64,000 nt of DNA from the human T2T-CHM13v2.0 reference genome, Homo sapiens. Where the stretch lies: the NCBI RefSeq assembly GCF_009914755.1, contig NC_060929.1; one strand, 5' to 3'. Position numbers and translations under genes: made by a program. Shown here piece after piece: positions 53,605 to 64,000 of this stretch. Each line of letters starts with the position of its first letter. The first letter of the stretch is position 1. Under the pieces are notes generated by a model. That model saw only the letters and a program-made list of their open reading frames with translations, was not told the DNA's origin and did no database searches.

Positions 53605-54385
53605 TGTGCATCAATCAGGATAAGCTAGTTTATGCTGCATCATTATCTCTGCCTCAAACAAACCACCCAAACTTAGTGCCTGAAACAGCTCAGGTTTACT
53701 CCCTCCCAGTTCTGTGTATCAGCTGTTTGGAGTGGATTTGGCTAGAGGTTCTTCTGTTGGTTTCACCAGGGGTCACTCATGTAGCCGCACCATGGGGTAG
53801 CATGGTCCAAGACAAATCCATTCACATGCCTGCTTGTGGGTGCTGGCAGTCAGCAGAAGTTGTGAAGCCTCAGAAGGCTTTTACTCAGAACAGCCTCCAT
53901 GCCATTTCTCAGTCCCCTTTGATGTAAGCAAGTCACAAATCCAGCCTAATTCCAAACGGGTAGAGAAAGAAAATCTACTCCTTGATGAGAAGAGCAATAA
54001 GTCACATTGCAAAAAGGCACACACGGTGGTGGGAAGAATCTGTTGCTATTTCAATAATCCATCATTACCCCCAAATATCAAAGATTTATTTTTATTCCCA
54101 CTGCATGGCCATCGTGGTTCACTGGGGGCTCTGCTGCCCATTACTGCTCATTCCAAAATGCAAAGTGATGGATGATTCTGCCACGCAGAGCATGCTGTGC
54201 TGGTTATCAGAACCAAGGGGAAAATGTCAGAGAAGTGGCCTGCAGGAAATGAAATACTTCCATCCAGGAGTGACAGTTGTCACTCCCAGCCAACTCTAAG
54301 TAAGTCATATGGCCACATCTAACTCCAGCGGAGTTGGAGGTGATTTCTTACAGGTGCCTGAAAGAGGAGAGCTCAAGTGAGAATA
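53605..54385 (-). mobile_element. Old LTR remnants (LTR33/MLT1-like)
   Basis: 'tcaggataagctagtttatgctgca', 'aagcaagtcaca', 'agtcatatggccacatctaactcca'. Confidence 0.5.
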
Positions 54386-55464
54386 AGTAGATCAAACAGG
54401 TAGCACAACATACATGCATGCTCTCACACACACCCATACGTGACATCAATCTAATAGTTTGTCACAGGCAGCTCAAACATTTGGAACTACCCAAAACTCT
54501 ATCCGTGTTCTGGAAATGATAGTCTCTGACTATAACTCAGTTAAGAAAGAACAAGAAGATTGATAGTGTTTTTGTCATTTCCGTAAGAAATTTTGTTAAG
54601 AATACTCTTTCTTATTTGTTCCAGAGATAATGATATAAATAGAATTCACTTGTCAATACCCAATTACTTTTGATCAGACATGGAGGGATTCTATCTACAA
54701 ACTGAATCAAAAAATCAATTGTCATTTTGAAGTCAGTACATTATCATTTCTTTGTAATTCAAAGCTGTGGTAGTTAGGGCTGTTCTCAAATGGTCTTTTT
54801 CTCCTTCTGGTTGTACTTTCATCCACTTAAATGTGATCATGTGACTTTCTTTAGTCAATACAATTCTACGTTATATTTGCATGCTATTCTATACTATAAA
54901 GCATTATTATATATAAAAACTCATAAAGTTATCAGGATAATAATTGGAAATTAGCTTAATCTCATGCAAACTGCAAAAAAAGATGATTCTACAAACAATA
55001 TATGTGCTAAAAGAAAAAATGACAAGATAAATAATACTGAATCACTACAATCTCCAACTAAAATTGTCTGACTCAACTAAGGCAATAAATTTTTAAAAAC
55101 TGAAATCAAAGTAGAAATATATTTTAATTGTATTATATTTCTTAATGTTTTCTTATATTTAATGTTAGAATATTTGCAAGTCTACAATGGAGGAGGAGAG
55201 ATTTATAAATTCCAGCTGCCTATAATAGCTCAACTTTTTCAGAGACGTAAATTTTTTTCTTCTAAGAAGAAGTTTTTCACTTCATGTAGAAGATTATACT
55301 AATATTTACCTGAACCCAAATTAGGGAAGGTTTATGTCGTTGTTGTTTAACTTAATATGCTACCCACGTTAATTAGCTATACTGAGCTTGCTTTCTTATT
55401 TTCTCTTAGTATCCCACATTTATAAAGCTATGTGCTATTCTCAAAAAGTTTTAGGTAGCAGTCC

Positions 55465-55900
55465 TTGTAAGGAGTTGAATGTGACACTCAGAAAAATCTC
55501 TAGAACTGGTGAATGCAACTTTATTTGGATAGAGAGTTTTGCAAATGTAATTAGGTTAAAAATTTTGAGATGAGATTATCCTGGGTTACCCAGGTAAGCC
55601 CTACATCCAACAACCAGTGTCCTGATAAGAGACACAGAGAAGAGGGGAAGGCTGTGCACAGACAGAGGCAGAGACTGAAGCAATGCATCTATAAGCCAAG
55701 GAATGCCAACAATTGCCCACGGCTCCCAGAAGCTAGGCAGAGGCATGGAAAAGATTTCCCTCAGAGCCTCCAAAAGGCACCAACACTATCGACACCTTGA
55801 TTTTGGACTTCTCATCTCCAGGACTGTGAGATAATACATTTCTGTTATTTTAAGTCATGGAAGTTTGTGGTGGTTTGTTGTGGCACTCCTAGGAAACTCA
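55465..55900 (+). mobile_element. MLT1B/C-like LTR
   Basis: 'ttttgcaaatgtaattaggttaa', 'aagccaaggaatgcc', 'gacaccttgattttggacttc'. Confidence 0.85.
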
Positions 55901-56731
55901 GCAGCCCCTATCGAACCATGCCTCCCTCATCGCCCCAGGCTGGCTTTCCCTTCCACCTCTTCTATATTGGCACTCCCCAACAAGCGAGCAGGGCCATCAT
56001 CTCTGAATTAACACTATCTAGAATTCATTTCACCGTCTAGCCTCCTTTGAGTTCTGCAGAAAAGCAGAGGTTGTTATATCAAATACATCAGATGTCAATT
56101 GCAAATGTAAATTTTTAATCGTGTTTCCTTTAGGTGCTGTGATGCATTTGATGCAGAAACAGTTGAGCTCTACTCTAAATGCAGAGTACAAGGGACAGGG
56201 GAGAAAGAAAAATGAGCCATGCACAGTCCCTCCCCTTCCAGGCAGCTATATGAACATGTAAGCTATAAACCACGGTATATATTCCATAACGATTTCCATT
56301 TTCTTTGCTCCTGTTCTGTTTTCCAGGACTGAAAGTTGCCTCTAGAAGATGCCACAGTCTGCTGTCAGTTATTTTCTTCCACCCATTAAAATGCAAATTG
56401 GTATTTCTATGTAACATGTGACAGGTTTGGATAAACCGTGGGATTCTCTCCTCTCAATTCTTTACTGATTGAATTTTAATCTGGATTGCCTATCAAAACT
56501 CAGCCTATTCCTTGAAGTTCAGATAAAGTGTCACATCCACAATTAAAGGTCTCACTGTTACCCCCTTACAATGCACTTTTTATACCTGAGAAATGTGATT
56601 ACATTTATTTAACTTACTATGTTTCGGGCACCATGATTTCATTTAATCTTCAGGGAACACACCTACCATTAGATACTCTTTACAAATGAGGAAACAAACT
56701 TGGCAGTGTTCAGGAACTTGTCTAAAGTAAT

Positions 56732-57263
56732 TGTATTAGTGAGCTAGAGATGCATAACAAAGTCCCATAAACTTAACAGCTGAAAACACCAATTTATTTT
56801 CTCATAGTTCTGCCAGTCAGGAGTCCAACACAGAACAGATGGATTCTCTTCTCAGCCTCTTACAAGGTGTCAGCTGGGCCACATTCTTTTCTGGAAGATC
56901 CACTTCCAGGCTCCTCCTTGTTGTTGGCAGAATTCAACAGTGGTAGAACTGAGGTCCCATTCTTTGACACATGACCTCCATCTGTGAGCAAGCCATGACA
57001 TATCAAGCCCTGCTCATGCCTTGGTTCTCTCTGGCTTCCTCTCTCTGCTTTTAAGGGCTCCTGCTCCTGCGATAACATCGAGGCCATCTGAACAATCCAG
57101 GATAATCTCCTCATCTCGAAATCAACTGATTAGTAGCCCTAATTACATCTACAAAGTCTCTTTTCCATGTACAGTAACATTTCCCTGGGTTTGGCATCCT
57201 ATCATCTCAGTTCCCAGTGATTGGGGTGTGGAATGTTCTTGGGCCACGATTCTGCTTACCATA
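56732..57263 (-). mobile_element. MLT1 LTR inserted in a MIR
   Basis: 'tgtattagt...ataacaaagtcccataaactt', 'aatccaggataatctcctcatctc'; MIR core on the left and MIR-like sequence on the right. Confidence 0.78.
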
Positions 57264-58269
57264 GTCACTCACAATCAGTAAGGGACAGACCAGGGATTTA
57301 AACCCAAATTTGTTTTAGTCTTTGTACCATGTCCTGCTTCCTCTCTAGGACACACCTTAAACTAAAGCTGCAGATGTTGGTGAGAAGAGAGAGTGTGATG
57401 TCTAAGACCACAGCCTCTGGGCAGCCCTGCCTGAAGGCAAATCCTCAGCCCTCTCATCAGTAGAATGAGTATAAAATAATGTCTGCCTCTAGGGTTGTTA
57501 TGAGAATTCAGCGGCTTAATACTCGAAAAGGGCTTGTTTATTACTTTGTCTGGCATATAGTTAGCATTGTAGAAGAGATGTTAAATAAATAAAAGTAAAG
57601 GAACATAAGGCAGGAGAGTAAAAGAACAGCAGTGTAGAAGGCATTTTGCCCATTTTATTATACCATGATAATTCACAACGTTTTAAAAGGTGAAATATTT
57701 GTAATTGTAACATTACCCTACTTTTGAGCTAATAGTTTAAGATGTAGCCTTGCTAGGTTTCAACCTATTTTTGGACAAGGAGTATGACTTATATGCATTA
57801 GATACTTACTAATCAATCAGGGAGTTGAACTGGATTCAGGAAAGTTATATAACAAGAACTTCATGATTCTTTTTTTTTAATATTGCCTATTTCCAGGCAG
57901 ATTATTAGTGGAAAAATAATTATAAGGAGAGATTTTTCAAAATATGTTTAAAAGCTTTTGTTTTTAAAATGAATTTGGAGAGAGTTCTATTTATTGAAGC
58001 AGATGCTCTGACTGGAAGCAAAATCAAAATCTAATTAAGAAAGAGTTACAACAATCTCCATGACTGAGAGACCCTTGATGGGCCTAGGGCACTAGAGCTG
58101 ACATAACAATAGATGCTGGGTCTGATGTGTGATAGGGAGGGCTCTATGAAGCTCACATCTGCCCCTAAAATGCCACATCCCCTGGCCAACCACAGCTATG
58201 CTCTTAATGTCTACAAAATGTCTTCATTGATGTTCATTATATCTGGGAGGAACAAGGGGCTTCATCAAT

Positions 58270-58830
58270 GAAAGAGCATCCAGGAATTTATCAGATGGTT
58301 GAGAGGAATGAAAGCCTGATTTCTTCCTTGATGATGATACTTACAGAAAACAGATTCAAATTTGCTAGTAAAATCATAGCAGTGAGTAAGAGTAGGAAAA
58401 AAATAGGTGGTGCATCTTCCTATTGCTGGGTGGGGTGGGGGCAAAGGAAACAAAAACTAGATCTGCAGATAATAGGGAAATGAAAGAAAAGAAAGAAGAA
58501 AACAGAAAGCAAGAAACAAGAAGGCAAAACTAACAGGTAACATCAGTTACAACAACAAATGTGAGCTGAATTCAATTACAAAACAAAAGATTCACAGCAT
58601 CATAAAGGAAATTCTATTATATACTATCCCAAGTGTATCCCACCTAAAATAAAATGATATGTGGTTTAAAAATAAAGTGATGGGTAAAATATATTAGGTA
58701 CACGAAATCAAACACAGAAAAGTAGAGATAGCGATATTAACTAAAAAATCAAGCTCAAGGCAAATTTTTTTTAAAAAAAGATAAAAAAGGTCCTTATATG
58801 AGTATAACAGGCATGTTCCAAAATAAAACT
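58270..58830 (+). mobile_element. Very old L1M inter-ORF/endonuclease remnant
   Basis: 'acaaatgtgagctgaattcaattacaaaacaaaagatt' and 'ggtttaaaaataaagtgatgggtaaaatata'. Confidence 0.5.
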
Positions 58831-58989
58831 ACATGAGACATGAAATATTTTTTATTGACTTCTTGAGTCCGTTTTTTTCTACAAATTTTAATACATGCAT
58901 ACCATGTGCCTGGCATTCTGTTGAAAACTAGAAACACATTTAAACTAGACATAATTACAGTCAGGACTTTAAAAGTTTAGATTTCAACA

Positions 58990-61900
58990 CTCCCACTTCT
59001 GCCTCAACTTGCAGCTTCCTGTTGTCCAGGAAAACACCCTGATGGCAGGGTGGGCAACTCTACCTACCCCCACCTCTCGTAGCCAGGAAAGCTTTACCTG
59101 TTAGAGCTTCCAGCCTAGAGGCTCTACCTCTGCCTGAATTTGCCAAAGGGTACAGCCTCCTGTTGCCCTGGAAATACCTGGATTGCAGGACGGGCAACTC
59201 TATCCACCTTACTTCTTGTAGCCAGATGGGCCACACCTGCTAGAGCTTCCTGCCCAGTGGCCTCACTTTTGTCTGAATTCTGCAGGCAGGCATAACCGTA
59301 TGTTCCCCTTATCCCCACTTGGACAGTAGATTTGGGTTGACCTGGAAAGGATATAGCCTGTCTGCCAGCTTTGGCCCCTGCCCGAGGGAGACACATGGAG
59401 CAGAACACCCAACAAAAGAAATGTGGGCATGAAGATAGTAATCAAAGAGGGCTCCTCCAAGACCCAGGAGTGAACTAAAATTGAAGCCAGTCAACTGAAC
59501 CCACTTTATATCACAAAGAAACCCCCAAGAGCATCAAAGAAAATAAAAACAAAGAAACTCACCCAAAGGATAACAAATTCAAATACTGAAGGAACATCAG
59601 CCCACACAGATGAGAAAGAACCAATGCAAGAATTATGGCAGCTCAAAAAGTCAGAGTGTTTTCTTACCTCCAAACAACCGCACTAGTTCCCCAGCAATGG
59701 TTCTTAACCAGGCTGAAATGTCAGAAATAGAATTTAGAATATGGATAAGAACAAAGATCATTGACATCCCGGAGAAAGTTAAAACCCAATGCAAGGAATC
59801 TAAGGAATGCAGTAACATGATGCAGGAGATAAAAAACAAAATGGCCATATTAAGAAAGAACCAAACTGATCTGATAGAGTTGAAAAAATCACTTCAAGAA
59901 TTTCGTAATATAACACAAATATCAACAGCAGAATCTGCCAAGCTGAGGAAAGAATCTCAGAGCTCCAAGAGCAGTTGTCTGAAATAACTCAGATAAAAAT
60001 AAATAAAACAATAAGGAAGAATGACAAAAACTTTGAGAAATATGGGACTATGTAGAGACCAAACCTAATTCTCACTGGCATCCCTGAAAGAAAGGGAGAG
60101 AAAGCAAGCAATTAGAAAACATGTTTGAAAATATCCTTAATTAAAATTTTCCCAACCTTCTAGAAAAGCCAATATTCAATCAAGAAAATGCAGAGAACCC
60201 CTGCAAGATACCTTACAAGATGGCAATTCCCAGGACACTAATCATCAGATCCTCCAAGATCAAAATGAAAGAAAAAAATGTTAAAGACAGCCAGAGAGAA
60301 GGGGCAGGTCACCTACAAAGGGAACTCCATCAGGCTCACAGCAGACCTTTCAGCAGAAGCCTTACAAGCCAGAAGAGATTAGAGGCCTACATTCAGCATT
60401 CTTAAAGGAGAATAATTTCAACCAAGAATTTTATATCTGGCCAAATTAAGATTCATAAGAAAAGGAGAAATAAGATCCTTTTCAGATATGGAAATGTTAT
60501 GGGAATTTGTTACCACTAGACCTGCCTTACTAGAGGTCCTTAAGCAAGTGCTAAATATGGAAAGCAAAGACCATTACTAGCTAGCACAAAAGCACACTTA
60601 AGTACATAGACCATCAGCACTATTAAAAAAAAAACCACACAATCAAGTCTGCATAATAACCAGCTAACAACATGATGACAGGATCAAACTTGCACATATC
60701 AATATTAACCTTGAATTTAAATGGGCTAAACACCTCAATTAAAAGGCAGAGTGACAAGTTGTATAAAGAAGCAAGACCCAACTATATGCTGTCTATAAGA
60801 GACCTGTCTAACATATAATGACACTCATAGGCTCAAAATAAAGGGATAGAGAAACACTGGCAAAGCAAATGGAAAACAGAGAAAAAGCAGGAGTTGCTAT
60901 TCTAATTTCAGACAAAGCAGAGTTTAAATCAGCAATAATCAAAAAAGACAAAGAGGGGAATGACAGAATGGTAAAGGGTTCAATCCAAAAGAAGACCTAA
61001 CTATCCTATAAATGTGCAGCCAACACAGGAGCACCCAGATTCATTAACGAAGTTCTTAGACACCGACAAAGAGACTTTGATAACCATACGATAATAGTGG
61101 GAAAATTCAACATGCCACTGACAGTATTAGACAGATCATCAAGGCAGAAAACTAACAAACGTTTTCAGGACTTGATCTCAACATTTGACCAAATGGACCT
61201 AAGAAACATCTACAGAACTCTGTACCCCAAAACAACAGAATATATAGTCTTCTCATCTGCACATTGCACATACCTCTAAAATCAACCACACAATGGCCAT
61301 AAACTGTCCTCAGCAAATTTTAAACAACCAAAATTATACCAAACACACTCTCAGACCACAGCACAATAAAAATAGAAATCAATACTAAGAAAATCACTGA
61401 AACCCATACAATTACATGGAAATTAAACAACCTGCTTCTGAATGACTTTTGGGTGAACAATGAAATTAAAGTAGAAATCAAGAAATTCTTTGAAACTAAT
61501 GAAAACAAAGATACAGCACACTAGAATCTCTGGGACACAGCTAAAACAGTGTTAAGAGGGAAGTTTACAGCTGCAAAGGCCCACATCAAAAAGTTAGAAA
61601 GATCTCAGATTAACAACTAACATCACAGCTAGAGGGACCAGAGAAACAAGACTGAACCACCCCCAAACCTGGTTTTGAAATAACCAAAAGCAAAACTGAA
61701 CTGAAGGAAATTGAGACACAAAAAAACATATAAAAGATCAAAGAATCTACAAATTGATTTTTTGAAAGAATAAGTAAGATTGTTAGACCACTAGCTAGAA
61801 TAATTTTAAAAGAGAGAAGATAAAAATAAACACAATGAGAAATAAAAAGGGGCTACTACTACCAACCCCACAGAAATACAAAAAAACCCTCAGAGACTAC

Positions 61901-64000
61901 TATGAACACCTCTATGCACACAAATCAGAAAAACTAGAGGAAATAGATAAACTCCTGCAAACATATAACCTCCCAAAATTGAACCAGGAAGAAATTAAAT
62001 CCCTGAACAGATCAATAATGAGTTGTATTAAATCAAGTTTAGCCTAAAGATGCCTCCTTACATTTTTTAAGTTTGGCCTAAAGGGTTCTCTGTTCATAGT
62101 GAATATAACCTAAATGGAGGTGTAAACAGACTGTAATTTACTCTTGTGCCAATCACTGAGTTTTGACCAATCAAAGAGGGCAAATGTTGAAACTGTATTT
62201 AAATAAGACAAATGCTGAGCTGTTTCTGTATCTTACTACTGTTTTCTGTATATCATTTTCCTTGTTCTGTCTATAAATCTTCTTCCACCATGTGGCTGCA
62301 CTGGCATCTCTCTGAGCCTACTCTGGCTCAGGAGGCTGCCCACTTCATGAATCATTCTTTGCTTAAATAAACTCTGTTAAATTTAATTTGGCTAAGGTTT
62401 CTTTTTTAACAGTTCCAAAACTGAAGCAGTAATAAAAAGCCTGCCAACCAGAAAAAGCTTAGAACCAGATGGATTCACAGCCAAATTCTACCAGATGTAT
62501 AAAGAAGAGCTGGTATCATTTCTACTGAAACTATTCCAAAAAATTAAGAAGGAAGGACTCCTCCCTAACTCATTGTATGAAGCCAGCATCATCCTGAAAC
62601 CAAAACCTGGCAAAGATACAACAAAAAAAGAAAACTTTAGGTCAATAGCTTTGATAAACATAGGTGCAAAACTCCTCAACAAAATACTAGAAAACCAAAT
62701 CCAGCAGCACATCAAAAAGCTAATCCACCATGATCAAGTAGACTTTATTCCTGGGATGCAAGGTTGGTTCAACTTATGTAAATCAATAAATGTGATTCAC
62801 CACATAAACAGAACTACAAACAAAAAGCACATGATTATCTCAATAGATGTAGAAAAGGCTTTTGATAAAATTCAGCATCACTTCATGTTAAAATCTCTCA
62901 ACAAAGTAGGCATTGAAGGAACATACTTCAAAATAATAAGAGCCATTTATGACAAACCCACAGCCAACATTGTACTGAATGGGCAAAAGCTGGGAGCATT
63001 CCCTTTGAAAACCAGAACAAGACAAGGATTTCAACTCTCACCGCTCCTATTCAACACAGTGCTGAAAATTCTAGCCAGAAAAATCAGGCAAGAGAAATAA
63101 AGAAAAGCCATCCAAATAGGAAGAGAGGAAGTCAAACTATCTCTGTTGACAGACAATATGATTTACACCTAGAAAATCCCATAGTCCCTGACCGAAGCTT
63201 CTAGATATGATAAACAACTTCAGCAAAGTTTCAGGATACAAAATCAATGTAAAAAATCAGCAGCATTTCCATACATCAACAATGTCCAAGCTGAGACCCA
63301 AATCAAGAATGTAATCCCATTCATGATAGCCACAAAAAGAATAAAATACCTAAGAATATAGCTAACCAGGTATATGAAAGATCTCTACAATGAGAATTAC
63401 AAAACACTGCTTAAAGAACTCAGAGATGAAACAAACAAATGGAAAAATATCCCATGTTCATGGACAGGAACTATCAATATCACTAAAATGGCCATATTGC
63501 CCGAAGCAATTTACAGATTCAATGCTATTCCTATCAAACTACCAACATCATTCTTCACAAAACTAGAAAAAAAACTATTTTAAAATTCATATGGAACCAA
63601 AAAAGAGCTCCAATAGCCAAGGCAATCCTAAGCAAAAAAAATAATAATAAAGCTGGAGGCATCCCATTACTCAACTTCAAACTATACTAAAACACAACAG
63701 TAAACAAACCAGCATGGTACCAGTACAAAAACAGGCACATAGATCAATGGGACAGAGCCCAGAAATAATACCTCACACCTACCACCAAGTGATCTTTGAT
63801 GAAGTCAACAAAAACAAGCAATAGGGGAAGGACTCCCTATTCAATAAATGATGGTGGGATAACTGATTAGCCATATGTAGAAGATTGATGCCGGACCCCT
63901 TCCTTACATCATATACAAAATTTAACTGATGATAAATCCAAGAGTTAAATATAAAACCTAAAACTGTAAAAACCCTTGAAGATAACCTAGGACATGCCAT
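58990..64000 (+). mobile_element. Old primate L1 (L1PA15/16- or L1PB-like) with 5'UTR monomers, ORF1 and ORF2, running off the window
   Basis: ORF1 piece MRKNQCKN..; RT ORF 62495..63100 ([38 protein letters not shown]); multiple stops and frameshifts. Confidence 0.95.
62024..62411 (+). mobile_element. MER57-type ERV1 solo LTR inserted in L1 ORF2
   Basis: 'aagtttagcctaaagatgcctccttaca...aataaactctgttaaatttaatttggctaagg...ttaaca'; L1 sequence is contiguous across it. Confidence 0.85.

Noticed and set aside
62495-63100. 201-aa reverse-transcriptase-like ORF
   Set aside because: Fragment of a decayed L1 ORF2 flanked by stops, frameshifts and an LTR insertion; not a gene or a novel RT system.

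Overview
This is AT-rich, repeat-dense primate genomic DNA. The only credible protein-coding sequence is the intronless bitter-taste receptor TAS2R1 (20920..21819, minus strand, 299 aa). The protein matches human TAS2R1 as I recall it, which places the window at human 5p15. The rest is interspersed repeats and unique intergenic or intronic DNA: two long L1s (one inside a Tigger1, one carrying a MER57-type LTR), eight Alus, MaLR/ERV LTRs, hAT and TcMar DNA transposon fossils, L2/MIR and simple repeats. Nearly all other ORFs in the track are repeat-derived or chance. The most interesting non-repeat signal is a minus-strand splicing architecture: a 161-nt exon at 51211..51371, a candidate terminal exon near 33100..33295, and a strong acceptor inside TAS2R1 codons 13-14. 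Together these predict a lncRNA-to-TAS2R1 read-through transcript with a junction-terminated 40-codon uORF and a TM1-less receptor starting at Met41; such an isoform may already be annotated. Several local rearrangement scars are also visible (a templated insertion, fold-back duplications, nested insertions). I found no convincing wholly novel biological system. Repeat subfamily names are from memory of consensus sequences and boundaries are approximate.
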